Source: Hyphochytrium catenoides
Lineage: Eukaryota > Protista > Hyphochytriomycota
DNA: 64,000 bases
Assembly (NCBI GenBank): GCA_900088475.1
Contig: FLMG01000350.1
Coordinates: forward strand, 207,216-271,215
Direction: 5' to 3'
Shown here: positions 1 to 12,309 of the stretch, in pieces
Position numbering within the stretch: the stretch's first letter is position 1
Layout of the letters: each line of letters begins with the position of its first letter
Notes under the pieces: model-generated
Database searches by the model: none
Seen by the model: the letters and a program-made list of their open reading frames with translations, nothing else
Told to the model about the DNA's origin: nothing
Made by a program: the position numbers and the translations under genes

Positions 1-1364
1 GAGCGTGCCAAGGAGGAGGATAGATCGTGAGTGAATTTCGAGGGGAAGTGCAGTTCTCACCAAAGCTCCGACTTTCTCTAGCTCAAAAATGGGCCGGTCC
101 AGGTAGTTTAGTTGCGGCAGCTTGTTGATGGCAGTCTTGCGAAAATGCTTGATCTTCGCAATGATAGGGTTTCCTGCGAGCATCCTTACGTTAAATGTCA
201 CGAAGTATGTGGACTCGCCTATGAGATTGCTCTTGACCGGGCCCCAATGGGCCGTTCCAAGCAGTTACTTTGCCCTGTTAGCAACATTCCTTCTTCTTTC
301 GTTTCGGATATCTGAAGCCATGATTGCTTTACTATGCAGTTCAGGTACTCCCGTGCCACTTTCTTCTACACCGGCACTTCCTCCTCTACCATTCATCACT
401 CTCCCCTGTAGAAGGTCGAAGAAAAATCCTTACCATCAAACTTGAGAGCTGTGAGCTTGTGCATTTTACTGAACATTTCGAAGACGTCCCCTTCCTCTAT
501 TTTGTTATTGCTGAGGTCTACGTTCGTAAGAGCCGGACATTCGCTGAGGTGTGAGATGCTCTCAGCTGTGTAGAAGTGGTTCTTAGAGATATTCAAAGTG
601 TTGAGCTTTGGTAGGCAACTCAAGTTCTCAACTTTGGTGAGCTGGTTCTGGCTCAAATCCAGAGTGACAAGCTCGGTTAAGTTCTGTTCGGCAAAGTCGC
701 AAAGGAGAGTTAGCGTCGAGTGTCTGCTATGTAACAGGTTGAGCTCAGATCAGGATCAGCGCTGGCAACCTAAGAAAGACCGGATCGGGTGCCCCTTACC
801 TCGAGACCTTCAATCTTTTCGATAAGGTTTTGATGGAGATAGAGGCAGCGCAGTTCTTTTAACATATCGAGATTTTCTATTTTTCTCAGTCCATTGGATT
901 CTAGCCAGAGCGCCTTCAAGCCTGTATATCGGTCTAGGCCTTCTATACGAACAAAGCCTTTGTAATGTGCATACCTAGATGCAGGACGTCGACAGGAGAC
1001 GTCAGAGTTACAAGGCGACGGTAAGAGCTCAAGAATAGTTGAGAATACCCCTAGGAGAATGAAGTGTGCACCAAGATCGTGGTTAAGACAGACAGAGAGT
1101 TGAGCTGAATGTGCAGGAGTAGGGAAAGCAGTCGAATGTTGAGCTATGCAATTATGAGCTAGCTCGTTGGAGGTACTACACATACAGCTTATCGTTTAGC
1201 TCAGGGGTCTCATAGCCATCATTGTCAATGCAGAGCTGCTTCAACGTGCTGACAGTCATCTGTGGAAGACCCAAATCCAAAGCCTGTTGCCGACATCGTG
1301 CCTTCTCCATAGACTTAAGCTTCTCATGAGCATCGAAGCCGCACTGCTGATTCTGATCCGCCAT
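1..1364 (-). CDS. DNAAF1: Dynein axonemal assembly factor 1 (LRRC50/ODA7-like leucine-rich repeat protein); multi-exon, 3' end runs off the window
   Basis: Spliced translation: ...[55 protein letters not shown]...[36 protein letters not shown]...[35 protein letters not shown]. This has the ODA7 N-terminal Y.TP.LND.LY.H.KGF motif, SDS22-type LRRs and an LRRcap, with GT-AG introns between the pieces. Confidence 0.9.
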
Positions 1365-2022
1365 TGTCGTTCAATTCTAGAGGTGTTGGAGATATCAGGA
1401 CCAGGTCGCGTAGCCTCGTGGAGCAGGGGGACGGGAATGGAATCGGCGCTCTCCTCGTACAGCTACGACACAAGCTATCTTACAATCGATGCTACCATCC
1501 GCACACTGGACGATGAAGACACAGCGATAGTCATCTCCAGCTTTCTCCGTTCCCTTCTTTTCTCTCGCCTGATGCCTTCTCCTGTCAATGAGGATGGTAA
1601 TGACGCGAGGCAGCTCTCCTGCCGCTAGCGAACATCGAAACGTCGTCTCGGTGGTCACTTGCTTCACACATCATCAGAGAGAGTGCAACACCACTTGGGC
1701 CTTATGATTATCATTCCTCGATAATCGGAGGTAAGGAATAACAAGTGATCAACAGAGAGGATACAACCAGACCATCAAATGAAACGGATGACAGGAGAAA
1801 ATGGAAGTGCCAAAAAAAAAGAAAGAAGATCAGAGACGGGTGTAAGATGGGCAGGAGGAGGACAGAAGCAGCAGCACTTGTCAGGGCTCGCGCAGGGGTC
1901 ACAAAGGTGCAAGTGCCTTACACACATCGCTCCTTAAAGCTCGAGATAGAGGGGCAGACTCTGCTATGCGCTGTGGTCGTCTCAGGTTGGCATTGTAACC
2001 CAGTAGAAGATCACTGATGCAG

Positions 2023-4089
2023 ATGTGTTGAATCTGAGCAGTGCTTGGTAGAGAAGTCGCTCCAACCAGCAGTCAATCCGTTTTGCAAGCCCCGGACCAA
2101 GGTTTGAGCTTTGCGGTTCTATGATGGAGACGACTTGAGACCGTAGTACAGTGGACAATTGTTGATTATAGTGCTCTTCTCCCGCGTCGCCATGGATCTG
2201 ACAGCGAAGTTCATGAGGTACCGCCTGCCCTAAACATGTCCAATGTAGTACTTAACCGCGAGTAATGCCCCAGAGAACGAGCCGAGAAGGCTAGAAAGCA
2301 GAAGCTTAAGAATGTTCGATCTACGTTGCAGAAAAAGAATAAGTTGGATCCAGCTATCGACAGCATCATCAAAAGTAAGGCCTACAAAAGGAAGACCGAC
2401 CCCATTTCTTCTTTATTCTACTGATCTCTGGATCGCTTCAGAGAGCGAGCAGAAGATCAAGAAAGGCAAACCTTTAGAGCGTCCGGAGTTTGTTGTTGCG
2501 GAAGGCGATACTCCGTATGGAGATTACTTCTTTCAGGATGACTGGGACTATTCAAAGCCAGAGGGACCGCAGAAGTAGGTGCTTCCAAGTTTATACGTGG
2601 GCCACTCACAACTTAAGACGTTCGCATCATAGGGAAAGGGAGAGGAGCGTAAACTTGCCAGATATACCCAAGAAGTACCTGCGAGGTAGAACTGCAAGGC
2701 TCAGCTTGCTTGGGTCGCAAACCCTTACGTCCTTTACCATCTTCGAATATAGGAAACCAAGAGACTGAAAAGCCACCTCGCAGTGAAAGTGCGCCAGCAG
2801 CCATATCGGCTACCCCTGCGGATGAGGCGCTTATGGCAGACTCCGTGTGGCCTCGTCGAAGTATGACGCCTGACGCAGATATGAAACCCAAAGCTTCTCC
2901 GCTAAGGTAAGTTCCTTGACTACTGGGACACAATAGGCGCTTATATTGATGTGTTACTCAGGGCAAACCTTAGGCTGAAGCGGTTGGAAGCTAATAAGGA
3001 GCCTTCGTCGAAAACGCTGCCCGCACATCCGGGTAATAAGGCAATCTCAAACAGCCGAGGACTTATTGTGAGTCAATCCAAAGGACAAGAAGCTGAAGAC
3101 GGGCGGCCGCTGGAGCTCGCAATGGCACGGGCAAAAGAACGCCTTCGGAAGCAGACAGCAGAAGATCCAGAAAGGGCTGAGATGTCTGCAGAACCAGTAA
3201 AGTCTCACCCTCGAACTAAAGCTAGCGCCGACAGCACTTCCAAAATTCCTGTCCCTTCTCTAAGGAGTAGAAGAGAGAAGGCTATTCCACAAACAAAGCT
3301 AGCCGTACCAGTACACAGCCAGGAGAAGGAAGCTTCCAGTGTGTCAAGTGGGGACGAGGATAGAGATGGCGATGTCAAGAGGGGCTTAGCGACGAGCAAG
3401 GCTTCAACTTCTCTCAAGCACTTACGTAGGGAGCATGAGGAGGCACTTGCTTTATTAAAGGAGCTAGGAGGCGAGATTAGAGAAGAAGAACACCCAGGTG
3501 TGGCACTTTCCTTCTCTGACGGCCGTATTGCTGCACGTCAATCTACCATAGATTCAGTAGCACTTACGTTTCCTTTACCCCAGATGTGGCATCAGTAAAA
3601 CCAGTCGAGATTATTGATGACCAAGCGGACTTTAGATCGCAGATGGAGGCTTTGAGAGTTCGAGCCAAAGCCACTCCCAGGTCACCAGGACCTAAACCCA
3701 TTCCGAAGCCACTTTCGGAGACACTTAACGTAACCCCAAGAAAAGAATTGAAACAAGAAAAGGAAGACCCAATAATCGCGCAGTCAGCCATCCCAGCGAC
3801 TGATGAAGAAAGAGGGACAGGTGATCCACTGTCCAGATGCGGGAGCGAAATGGGTTCCAACGAGTTGAGGAGCCCTAGTGATCACAAACGGGAGGAAGAG
3901 GTAGAAGACCCCACTTATGAGGACGACTACGAGGTGGAAGAAGGGATAGCCTCACCCCAAAAGTCAAGAATTCTCGGCAGCGAGGAAGAGCAAAAGTTGG
4001 CTGATGAGGAGCAAGGTCTGGACCTCAGCTACAGCCTGGATGTGAGGCCACCACAGTCACCCTTCGCTCTTTCGGGTACGTCTTCCTGA
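2023..4089 (+). CDS. Hypothetical multi-exon, largely disordered/coiled-coil protein; start uncertain
   Basis: Splice-compatible segments (KKNKLDPAIDSIIK/KSEQKIKKGKPLERPEFVV..., then ORFs 2710-2910, 2951-3598 and 3586-4089) with GTAAG donors and YAG acceptors. No family motif recognised. Confidence 0.55.
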
Positions 4090-4422
4090 CCATCCTCATA
4101 TACAAATACAGCTCTCCTCACAACTCTACAGATACATTTGCAGGAGCCGCTTCTCCAGCGGTGCATATCCCAGTCAACTCTATGCGAGCAATATGAGTAA
4201 GGCCCGGGTTAGTGTATATGATTGCGTAGGTTCCTGCCATTTGTTCCCTTTTCCATTGAGGGTGCCAACATTCCAAGCAATATCTAGCCATTGTACTTTG
4301 CGCCATGTCGGGACTGCAGCTTTGTGAACTTTGTATCCGTACGTGTCAGTGACTAATGACGGGGAAGATCATTTGGCCCACCTCCTGTGGGCGAGGCATT
4401 GATGGAAACGGGGAAGGGAACT

Positions 4423-5196
4423 TCACCCCAGGCTGGCGGAAGCACCTTCCAGGCCCACCCTTCTATAAACTCGCACATAATCCAAAAGGAGTTCTTGAGG
4501 GAAAACAGTTTGTCCATCGGGAGGTGGGACTGGGTTTCCCCCGACAGCAAGGTTTACAATGATATGAAAGCGTTGATCGAACATCCAAGGACATGGTCCT
4601 GCCAAGCAAGGGCCCAGATCACCCGGTGTCTTTGTGGCATAATGGATCCCATCCACGTACCATTTTATGGCTCGCTCCTCCCATTCAATGGCAAAAGAAT
4701 GGAACTCATCTGCAAAGCTGCCCACGGGAAGGACAAATTCACCGCTCGACCACTTGTTATGCGGCCAAGGATCGCCGTAGTTGATAGCTCCCTTGACTAC
4801 CCGGCAGAAGTCATCCTGCCCCATCATTTCCATCACATCTATTTCCCCGCTGAGAGGCCAGCCACCGTAAACATTGTCTTCTGGCAGTAGCCAGAACGCT
4901 GGCCACATGCCTTTCCCTTGAACCAGCTTCGCGCGAAACTCGATCTTTCCATAGCAAAAGCTAAACTTTTTCGAGGTGTTAATTCGTGCGGACGTGTACT
5001 CCTTGCCCAGATACCATTCCCGGCGGGCCGTGATCACTAGATTACCGTCCTTCACTTTAACATTCTCCGGGTCGTCTCTGTAGTACTGGAGCTCGTTGTT
5101 TCCACAGCCATCGCCACGAACCTCGACATTCCAGTAGGCTCGATTCAGTGCGTCCCCATTGAAGTCATCTTCCCAGATGAGCTCGTACGTTGACAT
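4423..5196 (-). CDS. Glycoside hydrolase family 16 beta-1,3-glucanase (laminarinase-type)
   Basis: 257-aa uninterrupted ORF with LIWEDDF, GNNELQYY, YTSARINT, GMWPAFWLLP, the catalytic WPLSGEIDVMEMMG (EIDxxE), and FDQRFHIIVNLAVGG...DYVRVY. Confidence 0.95.
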   Translation of the reverse strand: MSTYELIWEDDFNGDALNRAYWNVEVRGDGCGNNELQYYRDDPENVKVKDGNLVITARREWYLGKEYTSARINTSKKFSFCYGKIEFRAKLVQGKGMWPAFWLLPEDNVYGGWPLSGEIDVMEMMGQDDFCRVVKGAINYGDPWPHNKWSSGEFVLPVGSFADEFHSFAIEWEERAIKWYVDGIHYATKTPGDLGPCLAGPCPWMFDQRFHIIVNLAVGGNPVPPPDGQTVFPQELLLDYVRVYRRVGLEGASASLG

Positions 5197-5761
5197 CAGA
5201 GAAACTGATTCCCTACAAATCTTCTTGCATCACACGTCGGTTTTCTTCACTAGTATTCAGCTCATCGGTCTTTCAAAGGTCAAACTGGAGCCAACAAGCT
5301 GCTGGGCAGAGCTCAGGCAAGATGAAGCAAGCACGAACCTCGTAGATCGGTCACTGATGAGAAGTCCAATGAGAATCTTCAGAAAGATTTGGTTCTTTCT
5401 CTGTAAGGTGGGAGGGGAGAGGGGTTTCCTCCCTTTGATGCCGAAGCTATCAAAAAGGTACGAGAATATCGTTGCACCATTAGCATTCCGTCCCTGCACT
5501 ACGAGTGAGGTATTACCCGAAAGTAACGTCTTCATAGCTTTAACACCCAGAATAGAACACATCCTTGCCTCTGCCATTTAGAAATATGTTTTATAAAAAG
5601 CCTCTTTGGGCATTTGCACATCTGTGATGGCGGATCGCTTCCATGCACCAAGAAGACGCAAGCTTGGACGCAAGCACAGTTGCAGGCAAGCGGCAAAGAG
5701 CAACAGTACAGTCGATGATATAATACGGGACCTCGCTCCGCCCGTGAACGGTTTGGAGATC

Positions 5762-7510
5762 ATGTCATCATGGCGGCATGCTCTGGGCTTGCTCAAAAAG
5801 AAGGCGACGGGCAGGAATATCTCAGGAGTCATCCTAGACTTAGACATCCTTCGAAGCTGCCAGGTTATGGAAAGATGTTGAGACAACATTACCCGCCAGC
5901 AGAACTCATAATTTTCTATTCCCTAGCCTATTATCCGCGCGTCAAGTGAAGGTGACAACACTGGTCGACCAAGCTACGCTACCCAGCTAAATAAGTAGGA
6001 AGTGACATCAACTAAGGCTGCTGCCTTCCTTGGTCCCTTAAAGGTGCACTGATTTCCCTCCTCACCCTGTAGGTTTGGATACAGAGTTGGGGCGCTCGGC
6101 TCGCCAGAAGAGGTAAACGACATCTAGACTCTCCACCATTTGAGGCCGCAATGCTCACCTAATGGGGTGTCAGGCCAACAGCTGGCGTCATGAGTTCAAT
6201 GAAGTGATCGTCGTAGAGTCAGATAACGTTAAGGTAAGGTTCAGAGGTCATTTTTCGAGAATTATTTGTACTAATCTTTGTCGCGTGACTAGCTTGAAGC
6301 TTCGTTGTACAGGAGCCTAGCGGAACGGCTCTCAGTCCCGCTGTCCCAAGTTCTTATTATCCTAGACGAATCCCTGCAGGATGATAGCGGTAAGGCAAAC
6401 CTGATCATTCGCAAGGGATGAGAGGAACTATTAGCGTTTACAATACTTGGTCGCGCAGGAGGACGGTACCAGGATTTGATCTGCAATCACCTGGGTGCCA
6501 CTTTGGCGTGGCTTCCCGGTGTCGATCTAGATAAGCAGACTATCAGTCAAGAAGACGGTAGGCCTACGACATGTTGACTCTGCGAGTGCAAGTTGGCCTG
6601 CTTGCTGACCTTAGCTCAATCTTTACCCGGCTTCACAGGTCCAGTTCCAGATGATATTGCTGACAGTAAGGAGAGTGCTATTCATCACGGAAAACAAGTG
6701 CCACTGTCTGCTAAACTCTCGTCTTAGCTATCATAGGGCTTGAAGGCCATAGCAACCCTATGGTCTTGCGCTTTGGGCCCCATCGTATCCGAAGCTCTGA
6801 GGTGTTCTTAGAGACCAAGTATTGCCTTGGGCTGGTCAACTTAAAACCAATAGCACCCGGTAACCCTTTTTCCCTCAGACCGCCTTACACCCTCCAAGCC
6901 GCAGTGACATGTGTTGAGTATAGGACATGTCCTGATTGTTTCCAGACGCTTGGTTCGAAGGTTTGCAGACTTACATTCTTCTGAAGTGGAGGAAATGTGG
7001 AGACTAGCACATGTAATGATGGAGATTTGTTGCTGCTACCCCACGCAAGCGTATCTGTTACGCTCTTTCTGACTTCTAGCTCTACAATAGAAAGTGGGCG
7101 CTGTCATTGAGAAGCATTACAAGGCCCAATCTTTGACCTTCGCCATTCAGGTATGGATTCTCTCCTCTATCGGTGCTCTGTACACTATGCTAGACTGAAC
7201 TTACATGCAATGTAGGATGGCCCCGCCGCTGGCCAGACTGTCCCTCACGTCCACATTCATATTGTACCAAGAAAGATTGGCGACTTCGAAGATAACGATC
7301 AGGTCTACGAAGAGGTGGGTTAATCCCTTTAACACAGTTGACTAATAGGGCTAGACCTGATTCCTCCTAGCACAGATTGACAAGACTGACTTTACGGAGA
7401 AACCGCCTACGAAAGGTCTGGACGCCCCGCAAGAGAGGCGAGCAAGGTCTCTCGAGGAGATGAGCGCGGAGGCAACGATTCTCCGCCAATTGTTTGCCCC
7501 ACCCGCATAG
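5762..7510 (+). CDS. FHIT: HAD-like domain fused to bis(5'-adenosyl)-triphosphatase (FHIT, HIT family); 12 exons; alternative ATG at 5627
   Basis: Phase-consistent exons 5762-5863, 5927-5994, 6073-6112, 6174-6233, 6293-6389, 6459-6557, 6639-6665, 6728-6859, 6924-7012, 7091-7150, 7216-7314, 7376-7510. FHIT half: LRFGPHRI...[15 protein letters not shown]...[23 protein letters not shown]...[11 protein letters not shown]-terminal half: SGVILDLD...[11 protein letters not shown]...[22 protein letters not shown]. Confidence 0.85.
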
Positions 7511-7610
7511 TAATGATATAACGCGTGCTAGAGGAGAGTTCACTTGTAGCCAAGGCGGGGAAAGGCGAAAGAGAGTGTTTTTGACTCGACCTCGAGCGTC
7601 CGCTGGAACC

Positions 7611-7633
7611 NNNNNNNNNNNNNNNNNNNNNNN
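7611..7633. other. Assembly gap (N run)
   Basis: Run of n characters. Confidence 1.
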
Positions 7634-8260
7634 CCTCCCCTCGAACTCATCGCATCTGGTCCGGGCTGTGTCGCTCGCTTCAGCCCTCACTTCTTAGACG
7701 TTCACAGAAAACCTTTAACAAGTCTAAACCACTGGGGTAACGCTGACTGTATTCCAGTAGTTCAGAGATGAGAAGAAAGCTACAAACATCGGCTCAATCT
7801 TCAAGCTCTCGAGGCTGTACCTGGAGCAAGACCGTCCGCACCTTGCTAGTGAGAAGTACAGAAATAATGACACATTGTTCCTTGAAGTCCATACATAGAA
7901 CTAAGGAAGAGCTGTTGCGCCTTTGCTTCTTCTGATCACATCATCATCACAATCATCAGCAAAATCCAGTCTGCTTTGTCTAGCTCCTGGGGGTCATGTG
8001 GGGCAGGGGCTTGTCCCTTGGGTTATTTATTGCTTGGGCTGTTTGGTGGTGGTATCCATAAGAAAATGTCTATGATGAGAACCACAGGACTCCCCAGCCT
8101 CTCGATCCTCTGATGCTACTGAGTGTCACCAGGTCTGCCTTCCTCCGCGGTTTGGCGCCTCATTGCTCATCTGGATTGGTAGTTGCCAGGCCACTGCAGG
8201 AGCGTGTTAGCTGGACAAACAAGAGTGCTAGACCTACTTGGAGCCGAGAGTAGACGCGAG

Positions 8261-11200
8261 ATGGCTACTGAAGGCGCTGATGCCTTGACCCAAAGGATTA
8301 TCGCCAAGGGCGATGACGTGCGACAGCTGAAGACGGCGAAAGCTGACAAAGCGGCCGTTGATGCAGCAGTTGCCGAGCTGCTCAGTCTTAAGAATGAGTA
8401 TAAGCAGTTGACTGGGCAGGTACGACAGGAGCTATGGTGTCAGTTATTGTGCCAAAGAGCAAGGGCTATAATCTTGTTCTTCTTTGGCCACTAGGATTAC
8501 CAAGCTCCAGGTGCCCCTAAGAAAGAGAAGAAGAAGGATGGGAAGCCGAAGGAGCCCAAGGACCCCAATGAGAAAAGCAAAAAGCAGCTGAAGAAGGAGG
8601 CAAAGAAGGCCGAGAAAGCAGACAAGAAGAAGGAAGCCCATGGAGAAGCTGGTCCATCTTCTTCCCCAGGTATTCCATTTGACGGTAGCCTACTCTCCTT
8701 GCAACCTCTGTCATATAACCCCTATGGTTGCTAGGCTCTCCCAATAAAACCCCTACGGAGAATGCAGCAAAAGCTTCTGCCAAAAAGGGAGCAGAGAAGC
8801 CCTCTGCAGCCGCAGCCAGCGCACAGGAGCCCCTTAAGGCTATTGCTTCACAGGCAAGTCTGCTTGAGATATGCTTGGCATCCTCAATCTTCTTTCAGCA
8901 TGCGCTCTATCTAATTTTCTCCCCTCTTTCCATGCATTTACCCATTGGCACCTCTTCCCCAAAAGATACCGGCACCAGAGAGCTCGCCCGAAATACGCTT
9001 CACAGCAGACAATCTGCCCCTGGCCACTTTTATAGTTGGAGCGTTATCGGATCCCAACAAGGGCACATCCTGCTTCCGCCTTATCCCAGGTCATAAGGTC
9101 ATTGCGGAAATGGCTTTCCCAAGCGGGTAAGTGGATTGTGCTGGCGTTAGCCTCATAGTGCTCTTGTTGCTTGTTAAGGGTTGTGATAGAGATTCCGCTG
9201 ACGGATGTGCAACACAGGGAGATTATCCGCGGTGATGCCAACATTGCCCGCTATCTGGCCATGCAGTGCAAGGACTTAGGGCTCTATGGGCACGACGCTC
9301 TGTCTACAAGTGTCATTGAGCAATGGTTGGACTTTGGGGCCACTTACTTGAAGGGGTAAGTAGATGTCGGGAAGTGAGGCTCTATCTCTAACCTTATCCT
9401 GGTCCTCGCACTTGTGGCACCAATTGTGCCCACACTACCATTATTTGAACATCTGGCGACTCAAAGACTCCAGTTTGCTGATGTTTGACCCTCCTTCAGC
9501 ACTATTCGGGATGGTGTCGTGAGCTATCTAGACCAAGTTCTTCTTCATAAAACCTTTTTGGTGGGCTACTCAACGACTCTTGCAGACATAGCTGTCTGGA
9601 GCTATCTCACGAGTAAGTTGGCCTATATTCCAAAAAACCCTTCTCTTTAGAGACAAGCTCCCACCACAACTCTAAGCCACGCGACTTACCATTTACTTTG
9701 CTAACAGAGAAAGGTTTCAAGACCGACGACAAGTATCCTCATCTAGGGCGATGGTTAAGGCTGTTCAACTCCATATCTCCTTTTTCAGACGCCTCGGAGG
9801 CCTTATCTTCCTTGGTAGAGTTATTCCTTCCACCGTTAGCGTCCTTCTGACTTGCTAAGGTATTGCTCCTCTTTTGCACAGGTCCAGGCGATGCAACCTA
9901 CGAAGGAGTCTTCCAGGGTAGGGGGAAGTAAGCCCACGCAAGAGGGAGCAAACGGCGGGAGCCAAAAGGGCAAAACCACAGGGAACTGCCCGCCCCTACC
10001 AGGAGCGGTCGAAGGAAAAGTCTGCACTAGGTTTCCCCCTGAGCCAAGTGGATACCTGCACATTGGTCATATCAAGGCGGCAATGTTGAACAACTACTAT
10101 GCCCGTCTGTACAAAGGGAAGCTCCGACTTAGATTTGATGATACGAACCCGAGGTCAGGACTTGATTCACATCTCAATAAGGTGTACTGTGGTGCCTGTG
10201 AGTTGTTAAGTTGGCCGCCAACATTTTGGCTCGTACTCTTTGGAAGAATCATGGTCCTCCTGGTTGAGCCACTCAGCTCCTGCTGCCGCTTGGGTGTTCC
10301 TTATGCCGTCAGTTGGATACTTCTGCTTTCTATGAGCTGTGGACTCAGGTCGTGTCGTGTTAATGTAGCAAGGAGAAGATGGAGTTTGAACAATCCATCA
10401 TTGAGGATTTGAAGAGGATGAACATTGTTCCCGACGAAGTAACCTACACCTCGGACTATTTTCCTCAAATGAAGGACTACGCTATCAAGATGATCAAGTC
10501 TCATAAGGCTTATATGGATGACACTCCCGTGGAGAAAATGAGGTAGGAGTTAGCCTTGTTGGCCCTGAGCCACTTTGCCAGCTTATTTAGGAGGCCCTTT
10601 TGATTCTCTTTAGGGAAGAGCGCATGGATGGCATAGAGTCTGCTCGCAGGACAACCTCGACAGAGGAGAATTTGAAGATTTTCGAAGAGCTCTGCAAGGG
10701 TAATCCAGACTACATAAAGTACTGCCTCAGAGCGAAAATTGACATGCAAGCAAAGAACAAGACGCTTAGGGACCCAGTCCTATACCGTTTCAATGACACG
10801 CCACATCACCGCCACGGCACCAAATACAAAGCCTATCCTACCTATGATTTTGCATGCCCTATCGTGGATAGCCTCGAAGGCGTCACACATGCACTGAGAA
10901 CTACTGAGTACAATGATCGGTACGCCCTGGATGACGCCAACTTCTATCTCTTGTGGGGTTGACGGATTCTTTAGCAATCTATCTATCTCGCGCCTGCTTG
11001 ATCGACGACAGCCTCTATCTTTGTCCTGCCGTTTGCTGACTTCATCTCCCGGGTGCAGGGATGCGCAGTATCAGTGGGTCATTGAAGCTCTTGGCATTCG
11101 CCCTGTACAAATTGTGGCGTTCGCCCGTCTCAATTTCGTGCACACAGTACTATCGAAGCGCAAGTTGACCTGGTTTGTGGAAAATAAGCACGTGGAGGGC

Positions 11201-12309
11201 TGGAACGATCCCCGTTTCCCGACCATTCAGGGCGTGCTGAGGAGAGGCGTTCAAGTTGAAGCTTTACGAGAGTTCATCTTAGGCCAAGGCTTCTCCAAGC
11301 GTATTGTTGACATGGAATGGGATAAGTTCTGGTAAGAAGTCCTACATATTGACAGCACAAGTGGAACAGTAAGATTAAGGGAGCATTGGGGCCAGGATGC
11401 ACCAGTCCTTGGTTTAGATGTATACTGACAGTTCTTTATGAAGGGCCATTAACAAGAAGTATGTCGACCCAGTGGCTCCGCGATACGCCGCCATTGTGGT
11501 GGATACAGCTGTGGAGCTGAGGTTAACTAATGTTCCCAATGACGTCCAAGGTACAAAAATTCCTCAGCTCTTGCGTAGCGCACACGGCTGGTGTTGGCCT
11601 ATTGCTTACACTCTCTGTTCTTCTTTTCTCTAATGACGGCTCCTTCGTTTTCGCGTCGTCCTCTTCCTCTCGCTGTGACCCCAGCTATTAGCGTGCCTCT
11701 CCATCCCAAGAATCCAGACCTAGGAAGGAAAGTGCTCCGTTTGGCCAGCTCCGTTTGGCTGGAGGGTGATGACGCCAAAGATATTGTGGAAGGGGAGGAA
11801 ATCACGCTAATGAAATGGGGCAACGCCATTGTGAGCAAAGTACAGAAGAATGCGGACGGCTCCATCGCCTATCTGGAAGGCACCTCCAACCCCTCAGGCG
11901 ATGTTAAAGCCACCAAGAAAAAGCTAACCTGGGTTGCAAAACTGCCTGACGTTCCAAAGGTGCGGTCAAGGACTAGCTTGGGTGCCGCTTTGCTTACCCT
12001 GACATTTCGACCACTTTTTTGCAGGTGACTCTCGTAGAGTTCGACCACATCGTTACCAAGGCGAAGCTGGAAGAAGGCGACAGCGTTGAGGACTTTGTGA
12101 ACAAGCACTCCAGAGCGGAGACAGTGGCTTACGCGGATCACGAGGTTCGCAACCTGAATGAGGACACTGTTATCCAGTTTGAGAGGCGCGGCTACTTCCG
12201 AGTAGATCGCCCACACATGTCAGACCAAAAGCCTGCCGTATTGTTTATGGTTCCTGATGGGAAGGCCAAAGCCATGTCAACTTTGTCCACCAAGTTGGCT
12301 CATCGCTAG
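8261..12309 (+). CDS. gltX: Cytosolic glutamate--tRNA ligase (GluRS, eukaryotic Gus1/EPRS-type) with N-terminal WHEP and GST-like domains; multi-exon
   Basis: [15 protein letters not shown] (HIGH motif), [66 protein letters not shown]-terminal [40 protein letters not shown] is WHEP-like. IARYLA...IEQWLDF...[16 protein letters not shown] is GST-C-like. Confidence 0.96.

Noticed and set aside
7765-7900. TPR-like fragment (NIGSIFKLSRLYLEQDRPHLASEKY)
   Set aside because: About 45 codons, no start or splice support, next to a gap; too weak to call.
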